Shown in pieces: positions 36,400 to 50,405 of a stretch of DNA of 64,000 nt. The position numbers and the translations under genes are program-made. The DNA is from Gnetum montanum. Taxonomy: Eukaryota; Plantae; Gnetophyta. The stretch covers positions 176,799 to 240,798 of the forward strand of contig MNCI01000415.1 of the NCBI GenBank assembly GCA_015680685.1, given 5' to 3'. Every line of letters begins with the position of its first letter. Position 1 is the stretch's first letter. A model generated the notes under the pieces. It ran no database searches. It saw only the letters and a list, made by a program, of their open reading frames with translations, and was not told the origin of the DNA.

Positions 36400-37600
36400 A
36401 CCTTCATACACTATGCTCATATGCTGGGTAGTGTAGGGAACTCATATGCCAGCATATGAGATTAAGATATGTGGTTTCTAGGTGATCTAGACTCAGTTTT
36501 AGGCATTCCCAAGCTTTCATGATAGCTTCTAGGATCTATAGAAGGGTTTGGGTGTCCTAAATCATCATTTTGAGCTAGGAAAAAAGTTGTTTATGATTTT
36601 ATGTTTTCCATCATATTTCTCCTAAGGTAACAACATATTTCTTATAAAATTTGATTCCAAGAGATTCTTTTGACTAGTTTTTGGGTATCAAGGCCTTTAA
36701 GTGTCAGCATAGTGTTCAAGGAGAGAAGATAAGCAAATTTTGATGTCAATTTGAGTTAATGAAGTCATTACAAGCCATTACACCCTAGTTTATATGCTAG
36801 CCAACATATAAAGTATGGGCCCTAGTGTATTTATTCTGGGAAAATTATTTCATGGGTTGTCAAATTTAGAATTTTGGCTATATTAGGATTCTAGGATAAT
36901 GCATAGGTATTAGGGTTAAAAATGGCTTTTTCTAGGTCAAAATGAGTCAACCAAAGTTTGTCTTGTAGTTTTTTGTGTTGGACTATACACTAGCCAATGT
37001 GAAAAGCTTTATGCCTTAGCAGAAAAGGGGTAAAACTTGAATTTTCTATGCTTAACCAAGGTCAAATTATAGCTTGCTTTTGGTTTTAGGGTCCTAGGAT
37101 TCTCCATTTGAATTTTGAGCAATTCAGAGTGTCAAAAGCTTGTCAAAACTTCCAAATAGTCTTTTTATATGTTGGTTAGCATAAAAACTTTGGATGCTTA
37201 GCATATAAATTGATTCTTGATAGTTTGAGAGATCTTTCAACTTAACTTCTTAGTCTCTAAAGTCATTGGTGTCTGTGGCTATGGTTTGGTGATTGGTATG
37301 ATGTATTTTAAGGCCATTTCAATTGCTACAAGTCTTGTCCTTCACTTTTATGCTAACTTATACATTGGATAGCATATAAAGCCTACATCTCCAACATAAA
37401 AATCGATATTTGAGTTTGTGATGTTATTTTGATTACCTTTCCTACTCCTTAGGACTCCCAAGCTAGGACCTAGCATTTTGTGCTAGGATAAGGATTTCTG
37501 GACAGCATGGGAGGGTAAAGAAAAGTCTATTAATAATTTTTATGCTTCCTATATGTTGACTATCATATCAGCTCTACACCTCTCATGTAAAATATAGGGA
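36400..37600. repeat. Palindrome array of copy B (~190 bp period; TTATA(C/T)GCTGGCCAGC(G/A)TATAA type)
   Basis: Units at 36790, 36983, 37165, 37358 and 37549. Confidence 0.82.
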
Positions 37601-38409
37601 TGAAAAAATTTCAACACTTTTTGGCTTTCCCTTTGAAGTTTTATGGGTATCAATGGCTCTAGATAGGGTTTAGCGTTGGGGTTAGTAACTTAGAAGGTCA
37701 ATTAAGGTTTTAGTTAGGTATTTTATCCTTTTTTCTCACCTAAAGATGATAGCTAGCTTATTTATCTTGCATAATAGCTTATTTATCTCACCTAAAAATT
37801 ACCCTTGGGTAATTTTTTTAGCTATTTTGGACTATATCCTGACATCTAGACATTTCTTGGTAATAGTGCCTAGGGTTCTAGTGTGACCTAAAGCTTTGTT
37901 GATCACCATGGATTAAAGATGAATTTCCAGTGTTTTACTTTGCCAATGGTTGAAGTCTATAACTTATTCCATGGTCATCATGTCTTGTTAGGCATAATTT
38001 CCTAGCATAAAAATGTGTGAAGGTTTTAAATCCCATTGTATTGGGATTTCTCATATTTTATTTTGTTAGCATCTTGTGGGGTTCCCTAAGGTCAAAAGGG
38101 TATCTAAGTGAAAATATTAAGCAAGCCTAGCATAATCAGGTCTTTTCTATTATAAACATTGAGTTCACTAGAGGTGAGATGGATGTTTCAAGGGTAATGG
38201 TTTCTAGTTTTAATGCATAAGTATAAGGGAAGTCAAAGCATTAACACTTTTTGGCATGAAACCTTCATGAGCTTGGTTTCTTGGTATATGTAGTGATTGA
38301 TAATAAGGCTTGGCTGATCTAGGCTTTAAGGTTCAACAATTAAGAGTATAAGTCNAGAGGTTGCAAGAATAATCTTTTAACTTTTCAATCCTTTCATTGG
38401 TGAGGGTCC

Positions 38410-41400
38410 TTCAACCATGATGGCTAGGTACCCACCTTTTCCTTGTTTTTAGTAATTTTCAATGGAATATGAGGGCATTTTCTATAGCGTAGGTTTGTTC
38501 TAGTGGATATTTTTGGTTTTATTTATATCGAATGTTGTCTTTAGGATGTATGGTAACATTTTCATTTAAATTTAACTTTAGGTCTCTCCTACAAAAATTT
38601 AAAATTTTTCAAGTCCATTCTATGCATTTTTGTCCTAATTTTACCAAAAAAAGCCACATTTTGCCATTTTTTATAAGGCTATGATGCATAATTTGCAATG
38701 TTGGAGTCCATGGGGCTTAACAATAATTGTGGATGCTGAATCACTATTTTTTAGAGTTATGGTTAGTTTTTTAATGATTTTTTCCTTAGCCTAGTGCACA
38801 ACATTTTCTTTGTTTTCCCATGGTTTTCCCTCCAAAAATTGACAATGTTGCCCTACCTAAGAAATTTTTCTTGATAGTTTCTAAGCCCCTTGGAGATTTC
38901 TAGGGAAATGTAGAAGGCCTCTACATAAGATTTGAAATTTTTTGAATTGTTTCTACAATTTTCCCTGAGGTTTTACTACAACTATTTCACTACAAACTGG
39001 TTTTTTTTTTCAAAAAATAAAAAATAAAAAAAAAATCCAATTTAGGGTCACAATTTGAAATTTTTATGCCTGTTACTACAACTTTGAAATAGAATTTGAG
39101 TTGATTTAGGTTTTTTTATAATGTTTATATATAGAGAAAAAATTTTATAATTTTTTCATGAATTTTTCTAGGCATGTGAATTGCCTTGTATAGTTGTAGT
39201 TTCAATTCTTGAGTTTGCAGGCTTCCTAGCCTACATTGGCAATGGTGGTTACTTTCTTTATTTTTTAGACTATGTACAAGATCTCCAGAGGTCATTGACA
39301 TGGTGTAGAGGAGTCTTGGATTACATTTTGAATTTTTTGAAAATTTTCTCTAGTTTTTCCAAAGCTTTTACTATAGCTATTTCACTGTAAACTAGTCTTT
39401 CTAGCAAAAATTTCACTAAATTAGAGCTAGAATTTTAATTTTTTAAAGTTTTTGGAGCATTGTTAGAATAATTTTTAATTTTTTATAGGATTATTCCCAT
39501 TTTTTAGAGCTTGAAATAAATTTTTTGGAATTTTTATGCATTTTTCTTAACTATGGGGTTGCCTTCATCAGTTGGAGTTTTTCAGGCTTCTTGATCAATA
39601 CTTGGTTTTATGACATTATCAATAGGCTCATTTTTTGGTTTTTTTTATGGTTAAAGTTAATGAGTTTGGTTTTTTAATGCATATTTATGTAATTTGGCAT
39701 TACACTAATTTTTTAGCTTTAAGTGTTGGTAAATTTTGTTTATTTTTAAACAGTTTTGTTGTAAATTGTGTAGGGCATTTTTGAAGCCAATCTTTATAGT
39801 TGTACAACTAGTTAGGATCTTATGTTTCATAGGTGTGTCCACAAATAATTGTTTACCTTCCAACATGATTCTTGATTGTGGCTCTTTATGGTTTACACAT
39901 GGGGCCAAAGAGTTCTTAGCACATTTGCTTAAGAACTTTAGTATGATCATGTGGTCATACTTGGTAATTGACACTTCTATCAAGATCTGCTAGGGATATT
40001 GCCAAGTTCATGGTGGATGATCCTAGCACTTGAGGAGAAGGTGACTAGTGCGATGATTCATGCACATAAGGAACATGCAAGTTATCCTAGATTTGGGACA
40101 TGCCTGATTTTGTTTAATATAATATTAGCAACATCTTAATAGAAGGCCATTGGATTAATAGTTTGTTTTAAAATCCTATTAGCACCTTCTACCTTTTGCA
40201 AGCATAAGTTTCATCCTCATTTTTCATTTTGTTCTTATTTCTGTTAGGCTATTGGATTCAATAATTTTTATGTTCACATGTTGCAAGTATAGGATATACG
40301 ATGAAGGATCAATCAAAAGTGATGAAGTACTATCTATGACATAAAATTTTGGATGTTTTTGCACAAGCCTTAGTTGTGAGATTTTTGGTGTTGCAACAGC
40401 TAAAGGATGACTTTAGCAAGTACACCTTATGGTTTTCTCAAGTCTACTATAAGTGTATGACTAATAGAACTACTTATACTTGGTGGGGTCTCCAAGAATT
40501 AGGAATACATGAATGTGTGATTTCTAAGGCCCCTTCGTTACCTAAGCCAACCAAGAAAAATTTTTCTTTTAATTTTTTTCTACGTAATGTCAAATTTTTC
40601 TAGTTGTTTTACTTTGTGGTTACTTTAGTTTTAATTAGTTAATTGGTTTAAAATTTAAGGTTATAAATTTAATTTTAATTTCTAATTTTTATTATTTCTG
40701 GCTTTGTATGATCTACCTATGCCAAAGGCTAATGAGTAACTTGTGTTAGGATGTATGTCTTGCACCTAGATCTACCATTGTTGTGAGCACCTAGGGATGT
40801 GTGGAGGAGAAGATCATTCTCAATGGGATGAAGTAGACTTAGCACAGGATTGGTTTGCAAGAAAAGCACATAGGAAGATCCAAAAAATGATTGTTGATGC
40901 AAGGTTGTTCAATTTTTTCATGCTTCCTAGCTTGTCAATGGCTACTACAGAGATGATTAATGTAATTGATTCCTTTGACAGAGGAGTCAAAAATTTCATC
41001 TCTTATGTTCATGGTGTGTTTGTTACCTTGAGTGTCAATGAATCCATATTTAGCAATGTCTTTGATGTACCTTGTGATGACATCAAGATTTCCACAAGAT
41101 CAAGGAAATAGGTGAGCCATAAAGAGGAGGTTGAGAAGTGGCTCAATTCTCATGTTAGTGGAGGATTGGCCTTTGATTGGTGCAAGGTCATAGAGGTTAA
41201 TGAGATGTATCCTCTATTCTATTCTAGAGTATTTCCCTTGTTGCTGTTATAGAAGAAGATCATTGGGATTCAATAGTCTTGGACCATGAAGAAGGTCCTC
41301 ACTAAGAGTACAACTTTTAACTAGGTTGCATTATTGGTCTCTAGGCTATGGGAGAAGGTTCAAAAATTCTGAAATAACATTGATATGATATGCCATATGT

Positions 41401-43630
41401 ACTTTGAATTTTTAACTATGTATTTAAGAAGGTTTGTGGAATTCCTAGTGGTCAAGAATGATGGAAAGTGGATGAGTTATGATCCCTCACAATTTTCCAA
41501 GCCTTGGGTCAAACATATTGTTTTGGTGATGCAAGCCCAAGATCCACTAGTTGAAGATGTTGGAGAATTGTTGTCAATTACCACTAAAATATTTAGTAGT
41601 GGATGTTGTTCTTCCTTTGATACCATGGGGAACAAACCCCATATTACCCATGGGAATATAAAGAGAGCCAAAGAGGTACATGCAAAAGCTAATGATGTAG
41701 ATAACGCAAAGTTGAAAAGGCCATGATTTGAGGAAATAGTTCCTGTTGTTGAACAATCATCAAGAAAGAAGATATCCCTTAGGTTTGGCAAGGCACATCA
41801 TACTATTTTAGGTATGTTTTATATACATTTTTGGTTTTTTTTCTTATGTGATTCTATATATTTTTTCTATTGCTATATATTTATGTTATGATTATTATTT
41901 ATTACAAAATTTACTAACTTGTCCTATGTTTTACTTTTTCAATCTTGCATGGATGCAACAAGAATTGGTAGCCCAAGTAGTGGTAGAGGTAGAGCAAAGA
42001 TGCTAAGAAGAGGAAGCACTAAAAAATTAGGAAGAAGATGAAAGGATATCTAATGAAGCATTGGATGCCCTAGATGTTGTGATTGAAGATTTGACATTTG
42101 ATGATGAACCTCCTGTTGACATCCTAGATGGTCTTCCAAGTATTTATTCATTTTAGTTCATGCCTTTTATTTTATACTTTTATGTCAAAAAAATTTTAAT
42201 TTTTTAAATTTTCTTTATGGTCATACTTGTTGTAGTGCTTGAGCCTCTTCTAGAAGCATCCCCCTCAATGTTTTGTTTGAAGTCTTGGGCTAAAGTTCCA
42301 AACAAGACTAAGTTCATGTAAGACATGGTAAAAGACATGTTCAGTAAGTTGCAACAGGTAGCTCCTCATGTTGGTAAGAATAGTTAGCATATTTTGCCTT
42401 GATTTTTTTACCACATGCTTTTTTATATCTCATTTTATAGTTTTATTACTTTCTACATTTTATGCTTACATGGTTCTAGTGATTTAAACTATTATTTATA
42501 GCTTTTATTTATTATTAGTTTTCTATGTGTGTGTGTATATATATATATATTCTATTATGGTTATTGTAGTGTCCAAGTTTAGATGGGATCTTGAGCATGA
42601 TGTTAGACTTGAGTTGCTTGCACTATCCCCTGATGTGGAAATGTTCCACAAACATTATATGAAGGGCCACTAAGTATGTTCTCTCATGTGCTAATAATTC
42701 TTGGCAATTCCAATGCTCTAATGAATTCCTATAAAAGAAGGCTATGATCTTAGAAGAAAAAAAAAACAACAACCAGCAAGTAGTTGAAATCAAGGATCTT
42801 AGAGATCACTACGAGTTTATAGAGGCTAGTGTAGCCAATAGAGACTCCTTGCACACTAAGGAAATTGAGTGGTCACACTACTAGAGTGTCATCCAGGGCA
42901 AGGTTACTCTAGCCAGGAGAAATGTTAAAAAGGAAATATAAATAGATTTATTGATGCATAAGATTAGACATTAGAGGAATTACTATGCTTGGGATCTTGA
43001 ATAAGGTAAGAAATAGAAGGATCATAAGCAATAGTATAAGGTAAAGAAAGAAGTCTATCTTAAGTGATTGCATAAGGAAGTTGTGAAGAGTCGAAAGCTT
43101 GAAATGTTTGTGCAGGGAATAAATGCAAAAGAGAATTTCAAGCTATTCAAAGACTCTCTAGTAGTGTTTGATTCCCTTGCTCTTCATATCACTACTACTT
43201 TTAAAGAGGCTACTACTACCTTCCTTTTTTGAGAGCCTCCTAAGTGGACTAATGTTGAGAGGAGGAACATCTTAATAAGTGTAGATCTTGGAGAAATAGA
43301 CTGGGCCAACATGAGTGAAGAGAAAATTTTTCATAGCTTGGAAACTGGTCTTTGAGGCTTTTCTCTAGAAGACCTTTCTTTAGAATCTCCAAGGGTTTAT
43401 TTTAGAGTTTTTATTTTAACATTTTTTATGTTATACTTCATGTTTTCCTATTTTTAGTTTAGTTTGCATTTTTTTTATTTTGTCTTTTGTAGTTATGTTT
43501 TGGCTACTAATTATTATTTTTTTTTTATTTTTTTATTATGTGTAAGCTTTAGGTAATTGTAATGACACTAGTGATCATGTTGATGATGATGTTCCTCATC
43601 CTCCTCTAGTTTTGCCTTTGGCATACTAGT
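38410..43630 (+). pseudogene. Spliced gene antisense to copy B (8 exons): FCP1/HAD-like + Transposase_32-like + coiled coil
   Basis: Exons ~38410-38427, 39774-40203, 40287-40583, 40750-41811, ~41950-42139, 42236-42373, 42570-43394 and 43553-~43628, separated by T-rich introns that mostly have GT..AG ends; homologous exon by exon to 51177-56170(-). Confidence 0.8.
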
Positions 43631-44489
43631 CTTGTTACATTTTTGGTCATTTCAGTGATGTCATTGGTGTTATTTTTTGTTAGCTAGTCATGACTGTTGG
43701 GAACAATAATACATTTAACTATTGTTCTTTTTATTATTACATAGTCCAACTATAACTGTTAAACTTCTATTTATTCTTATTATCATTGTTAATTTTCTAT
43801 CACACTATGTGACTATGGCTATTAGACATGAACACTTTGGCTATAATATTTTAACTTTCCATATATTTTTAGCATTTTTATTTTTATGTATTTTATGTTT
43901 TATTTAATTAAAGAAGGCTATGTGTTTAAATTGTAAGGTAATAAAGAAAAATTTGTAGTCAAATGTAAAGTAATCAAGAGATGAAAGTGTAAAATACAGT
44001 GTAAGAGGCTACAATGTGATAAGGAAAAAAAGGCTATGATTGCATTACCAATTTAAGGTCTTGGTAGGTCATGGTTAATTTTTTTATGAGTTTTATGATT
44101 TAAAATTTGTATAGAATTTTATGTTTAAAATTTTCATGGTATTTTCATGATTTTTTAAAGGAAACTATAAAAGACAAATCATGAATGAGCATACATTATA
44201 AATCTCAAATAAATTTGTAATAGAAAGGCTAAGTATTTACAATAAGGCCAAAATGAGGTGAAGCATAGTGAAACAAAATAAAATATGTACATAAAAGATT
44301 GACGCTAGGCTACAAAATAAAAAAAAAGAAGGTCACATGGTATTAACATAGGGTTAAACGAGTAGAAGATGTACTCAGTAGTGCAATTGTTTCCTAATCT
44401 TCAAAAGATTAGAAAAAGTATATGGCCTTTATTGTACGATACTGTATTTTTCATTTTCCTTGCTAATAACATCTTCATTATTGTCTTTG

Positions 44490-45984
44490 AAACACCACCC
44501 AAAATGCATGTTGTAACCATCTTCTTGGCCATGTAGTCCCCATCCCATGAAACCTGAGGCTAACCTTCATTGTAAATGTGAATATTAGAACCAAGGAGAT
44601 GTAATCTCACATACTTTATACTTTTGGTATTGAAAAATGCCTCACAAGTGGTCAAAGTCATCCTCAAAGTGAGAAAAGCCATTTGATGTTTATATTTGGG
44701 CTTGGAGAGGTGGGGGGTGGTGGGCAGCAGGGGGGCAGGGGTGGTGCAAGGGGCAGGGTACCTTTTGGGATGCCAAAATTGGCATTTTGATGGGATTTAT
44801 AGAGGGTATAACATTTTCCATGTTGGAGATACTTGTTGGAGGGTGTGGCCTACCTACCCTCAGTGTTAGGGGGTAAAACATCAACCATGCTTAGTGTGGG
44901 GGTATAACCCTTACCCCCAGCATTGCCATTGGATTTCCTTGGTGTTGCATTGCCCCCAACATTGCTCCAGCATGGCCCAAGATTCCAAAATTGCACCAAC
45001 TTTAGCGAGGCTCTTGCATATCAACATTGTTGTTGGAAGTCCCAACATGGGTGGAAGAAGCTAACAATGATGAAATTTCCATTTACTATATTTAGTATAT
45101 AGAATGGTTTTGATGCTATGAGGGCATAACACTTACCCTACATAGTAACCACCTTGGACTTGAACATCCACCACACCTGCATGTAGTAGAATGTGTAACC
45201 AAATTTGTGGCCAAATTTGCAGCAATCAACTAGAATTTGTAGTAACAATAAAGCATAATTTGTACCAAATTTATGGACCAAAAACCTATAAAAACCAAGC
45301 TCCAAGACCACGAAAGGGTTCCACACTTTTGCATTTTTGAGGCATTCTTACATTTGAGAGCTTTGAGCACACACAAAGCTTTTCGAATCCCCAACGTGAA
45401 ATCCATAGCCATTGTTATCCCTATTACCCTCCTTTTAATAGCTATGAGATTGTGGTATCAACGTTGAGCATTTGGGAATCCAAACTCACATCATTGCTCA
45501 CTTTTAGGTCCAAATCCCTCAAACCTCTCATCCCCCTTGCATCAATAGTGTAGTAGATCTAGTGCAACAACAACAAATATTTAAAAGCATCGAGAGTGAT
45601 AGAACCTTCGGATTGTGGAGATGATCATAGCAGTTTGAACAAATTCTAAACCCTAACTTAGGTGAACACTCCTGCTTTCTTCTCAGGCACAACTTTGTAC
45701 ACATTTTTGGACTCTTCCTTTATTATTTTCAATAAAGTTTATAGTTCCATTTGTGTGCAATTTAGATTTTTATTTTATTTTTAGAGCATTCACTATCAAA
45801 TTTGAAATTTGCATTTTTATTTTTCATTATCTTGTTTTTCCCTCCTTAAGTCCCTGGGTGATCTACCAGATCATCTAGGGCACCTTGGATCTTAATTTTT
45901 GCAAAGGCCCTTAGGATCTAAGGTTAAGGCTATTTTGCTAAGAATTCTCAATTTCTCTAGCAACTGATATTTTTAGTTGCTATA
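44490..45984 (+). repeat. 5' LTR of copy C, 5'-truncated
   Basis: Homologous to 32565-33949; TATAAAAA at 45287; AATAAA at 45731; ends gttgctata (decayed ..ctaca) before the PBS. Confidence 0.85.
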
Positions 45985-45990
45985 GTTTTC

Positions 45991-46006
45991 TGGTAGTAGA
46001 AGGAGG
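45991..46006 (+). promoter_or_regulatory. Primer-binding site, tRNA-Asn type
   Basis: tggtagtagaaggagg versus TGGCGCTAGAAGGAGG, the complement of the plant cytosolic tRNA-Asn 3' end as I recall it: 13/16 identical with the CpG decayed to TA; 6 nt after the LTR. Confidence 0.75.
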
Positions 46007-46828
46007 TCTGCCACCCAAATTTTATGTTCAAACCTGTTGCATGTATGATCACATTACCTATTAATGAAAACTTTTAAAGTCTTTAAATTATTTTGTGCCC
46101 ATTTTGATAACCCCCTTTGTGGCTACAAAACCAACATTGTAGTCCATCCCCCTTTGCCCCCAAAGCCCAACATGAAAGTTATAGGTGTTTGTGTGTTTAG
46201 ATCTTTCATAATAGTTGCTATGAATTCCAAAGTCAACATTGGTTTTCTATTACAACCTTTACTCCTTTCTACTGCCAAATCCTCTAGTGAGGCTAGTGTT
46301 GGGGGATTTACCACCCAAATCCCCATCCCCTCTTGTTGTGAAATTTTTTCTAGCAAAAGCAACATTGGTAGCCTACAAAAACCATTTTTTGTGAAAAGGT
46401 CAAAGTTTCCACTTCAATTGTTATCCAAATCCAAATTTTCCAAAAGTAAATCCCCACCTCCAACACTAGATAGAAAGGTGTAAGATTTTCAATCTTACCC
46501 TCCCCTCGCCACCCTTTTCTTTCCCCCTAATACACCCAGTGTTGGTGTAGTTAGGAAGCTCAGCATGGTTGGGGTTTGATACCCACTATTTTCCTTTTTT
46601 AGTAAAAGGGGTATACCCCCTTGGACAACTATTTACTATTTATAGCTTGTAGCCTATTTTTAGCCATTTTTAATCTTTTTAGGTCTTCATCAATTCCACT
46701 TACTGGAATTTGGATGTTCTATCCACTAATTTACATCTTTGTTAAGCTAATTTGGCATTTTAACAATGTCCTTCAGGTAGTCAACTATCCTACCCTTGAA
46801 CTTTATTGATAATTGGTCTAACCAACAA

Positions 46829-49800
46829 GCTATGAGGGTATATAACCCTAAAGAAGTTATCATGATCAAATGTAGATAGTCTTTAAGGCTTAGGAGGAAA
46901 AGTCATAATTTCTCAGTTATAAATGAAAATGATTATAACTTCATTTATGCTAAGATTCAGGCTAGCATGCTGATTCCTTGCATGGTAGAAGAGGCCAAGA
47001 GGGAGTTCAAGCTTACACGGCATGATGGGAAGGAATATATTCCTTCCCCATATGGCTAGATACCCCTTAATGAAACTCATGAATGTGTCTTATCTTAATT
47101 AATTAAGATGGATAAATCAAATGAGAAGGTCAACTTGGATAAGCATCAAGAGGAGAAGGATGAGTTTGGGGCAAAATCTAAACATGAAAACATCCTTGGT
47201 GCACTTTCCAACATGAAACCCCCAAGGCCAAAGAGCCTACCTTTACTCCCCTTGTCTCATCCATGGAACAAATTCCACCATCCTCTACCCATTCTTACCC
47301 AAAAATGTTTGGGTCAACACCAGTCATAGCCATGCATCAAACAAAATTGGTGTCACATTTCATCATGCTTCATTTCTACATGTCATTCACCACCAAGCCT
47401 CAGTTCATACAACCTTAGTCGAGGGTTGTCACCACCACCAACTCATTGATCATCCAGATAGGACCAATTATAGGATCCCAAGTAACCTAGAGGTAGCATA
47501 CTCCTTTCATCCCATTTGTGTTCTAGATACTAGTACAACATCTTCTTCATTTAGCCTATCCACTACCATGATGATGCAACCTCTTCCTTTGGTGTTGCAA
47601 CTGATAGCAACGCCACAAGACTTCCATCAAACTCCACAACTCTTTATATAAATTCCATAGCTAATGGGGGAACCCCAGGATCTAGATTAAGCATTCTAGA
47701 TGATCTAGAATCTAACAGAGAAGTTGAAGAGGCTCAAAGCCTCTACATCTTAAATTGTTAAAGTCATGGACTTATACCAAGATGATTCCATTAGTCCTGT
47801 GGTCCCATATTTAACACTTCCACTTACTACCCCATCCCTCAGTTTACAAACTATAATGATGAAGGTGATCCTAATGCTCACCTCATAACCTTTCTATTAG
47901 AGTACTTATTGTTACAACCCTAGTTGCATATGATCATGAGAATATTCCCTATGTCCCTTATGGGGAAATCACTTGATTAGCGCATGCCTTGCTGAGAGGA
48001 TCCATATCCTCTCTTGAAGACTTGATCACACAATTCATTAACTACTTCAAGTATAACTTGAAGCCCAACACCACCCTTGACCAGCTAATGAAGGTCAACC
48101 AGGGATCTCTTAAACCAGTGCAAAAGTTCATCCAATGATGGAATAGTTTGTTTAATGAGATCCTAGAGCCTATCATTGAAATTTAACTTTTGGATATATT
48201 CAAGGAGGTGGTTAATAATTTCATCATGTCCAAGTTGTACTACCTTGGCCAGTAGTTACTCAGTCAAGCATTCTCCCAAACTAAGAACATAGAGAATGTT
48301 GCGGAGGCTAGACACAACCTTGCCTACATGGCATACAAGAACCAATACACATAAAGGAACAAGGAGAGGGGTAAGTAAAACAACATGGATATAGCAGTGG
48401 TGTCCAATGGTGACTAAGATGACAAATCATGGGCCAAGAAATAATCAATCCAAGGGCCTTGCTAACAATCAAAATAATGAGCCTTCAACATCTAGGGCCA
48501 TAACATCAAATACCTATAGGTCCAAATTTAAGTGGAAAGATAGGAATAAATACACTAGGCTACCTTTGAAGCCATTTGAGCTCTTAGATTAATAGTTGAA
48601 GAGTGGGAGGATCCAATATAAGCAAATGACTAAAATGTATCATAAAAAGCATGAAAGGCTATGTGAGATAGCTAAGGATCCCACTCAAGCAACAAAATAT
48701 GATCCTTAGGTACCTAAGTATTTCAAACGTAACCACTTTTTCCATTATCATCAATTACTTTGTCATGATACTAATTTCTACCTTGCATTGAAGGATGATC
48801 TACAAAAGATGATAGATAGAGCTGAGTTAGTTCTAGATGCTTCTAACCCTATCCAACCTCAAAACTAGTAGATGCATGTGTACAAGGACTCATTAAACAT
48901 CAACAATAGTTCATACATCATATCAACATTCAATGTTGATGACAACTGAAGGCTTTCAAGGGAACTATTTGTGATTCAGGTACCCCCTCATAATAAAAGG
49001 GACTCTTTAGCTTCCACTAGCTCAAGGATCCCTTTTTCTATAAGGATACCATCACCAATGTCACCCAACAAGCCCTTTGTCATTAGGGTGCCCTTTCCCA
49101 CTATAATCAAACCTACTCATGTGACTATACAATAGTCCCCCCATGGTAGTTGATGTTACAACCTCTTCCTCTCAAATAACCAATAATAACCAAAAGACCT
49201 CAACCAAGTAGAGGAAGAAACATAAGCAAAAGCCTAACAACAAGGATGATAAGTAAGTTGAGGCATGGAAGGAAGTGGGACCATCAAAGCCCACTCCCAT
49301 ATCATCAATATCCATGACCTCCACAACCTAGGCTACTTCAACAAGCAAACCATGGGAGGAATCTAAGAGCCAAGGGAGAGAGAAATAGGAGAAGCAACAA
49401 CAATAATTGAAAAATGAGGTGCACATTTTGGGGTACATGAAGGAAGTTAAGCACAACTGAGGCAACAAGCTCATGAAGAATGATAAAAACTTCCTAAGTG
49501 CGATAGATCAAGTCAAGCAGTCTCTTAAACAAAAAAACATAACCTTGATCCTGTATGACTTGATCATGACTTTAGTTACACATCATGAAGCACTAGTCAA
49601 AATGTTGACTTTTATTCCTATTAGAAAGGATATCCTTGCTAATGAAGAATCCATCCATGTAGTGATGGTGTCCTCTTTACCGAGGGAGACAAAGTCAACA
49701 TCATTGGTCTTTTGTGATAGCAACATTAAAATCAGTTCAAAAAATGGCAAAGTAACCAAGGTTCCTATTTTCATCACAAACCACGTGGGGGAATACAAGG

Positions 49801-50405
49801 TGTATCAAGTGCATGTAGATGATGGAGCTATGATGAATGTCATCCCATGCACCATAGGTTAATGTTTAGGATTAACTAAACAAAAAAAAAAACATAGAAC
49901 AACATTAGGTCTCAATTTCTTTAATGGATCACTATTTTCTGTAAAGGGGTCCATCTCCTTGAACTTTATCATAGGGGAGAAATTTCCCACAACCGTTGAT
50001 TTCTTGGTGATAGAGGAAATACCAGGATTTAATCTTATCCTAGGAAGGCCTTGGTTAGCTAAATTGTGAGCTACATCTTCACCTATTCATCAAACAATTC
50101 TCCTTTCTTATGAGGGAGGTGAAATCATCATTTGTAATGACAACATAGTTCCCCTAGCTATTAACAACATAGACATAGAGTAGGGGTTATATGTGGAATT
50201 TTAGGAAAGAACTCCCAACCATAAAGTCAAATTACCCAAGGGAGCTAAGAAAGCCAAGAACAACAATGATGGATTGGGAAACATGCTATGGGGAGAGCTC
50301 CCCTTTAATATTGTTAGTGAAGTGGATGAAGAGTACAAGCTTGTGCAGAACAAGCCATACACATCTTCTAATCTCTCAAAGATTAGGAAACACTTGCACA
50401 AGTAA
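46829..50405 (+). pseudogene. Degenerate gag-protease of copy C
   Basis: FTNYNDEGDPNAHLITF...IFPMSLMGKSL (~47843-47975); HYHQ...HDT zinc motif (~48743-48772); VHVDDGAMMNVIP (ORF 49473-49862); FNLILGRPWL (~50028); frame ends ...RKHLHK* at 50403-50405. Confidence 0.9.

Larger units (their letters stand above)
31330..44490 (-). mobile_element. Tat-lineage element, copy B (internal fragment from the end of gag-protease to just past aRH), interrupted by a solo LTR
   Basis: The reverse complement of 44341-44490 matches the gag-protease end (50300-50430). Spacer gene, palindrome array and pol follow in the same order as in copy C. Confidence 0.88.

Noticed and set aside
45991-46006. tRNA-like sequence (also 15796-15813)
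   Set aside because: These are only 16-18-nt primer-binding sites, with no cloverleaf.
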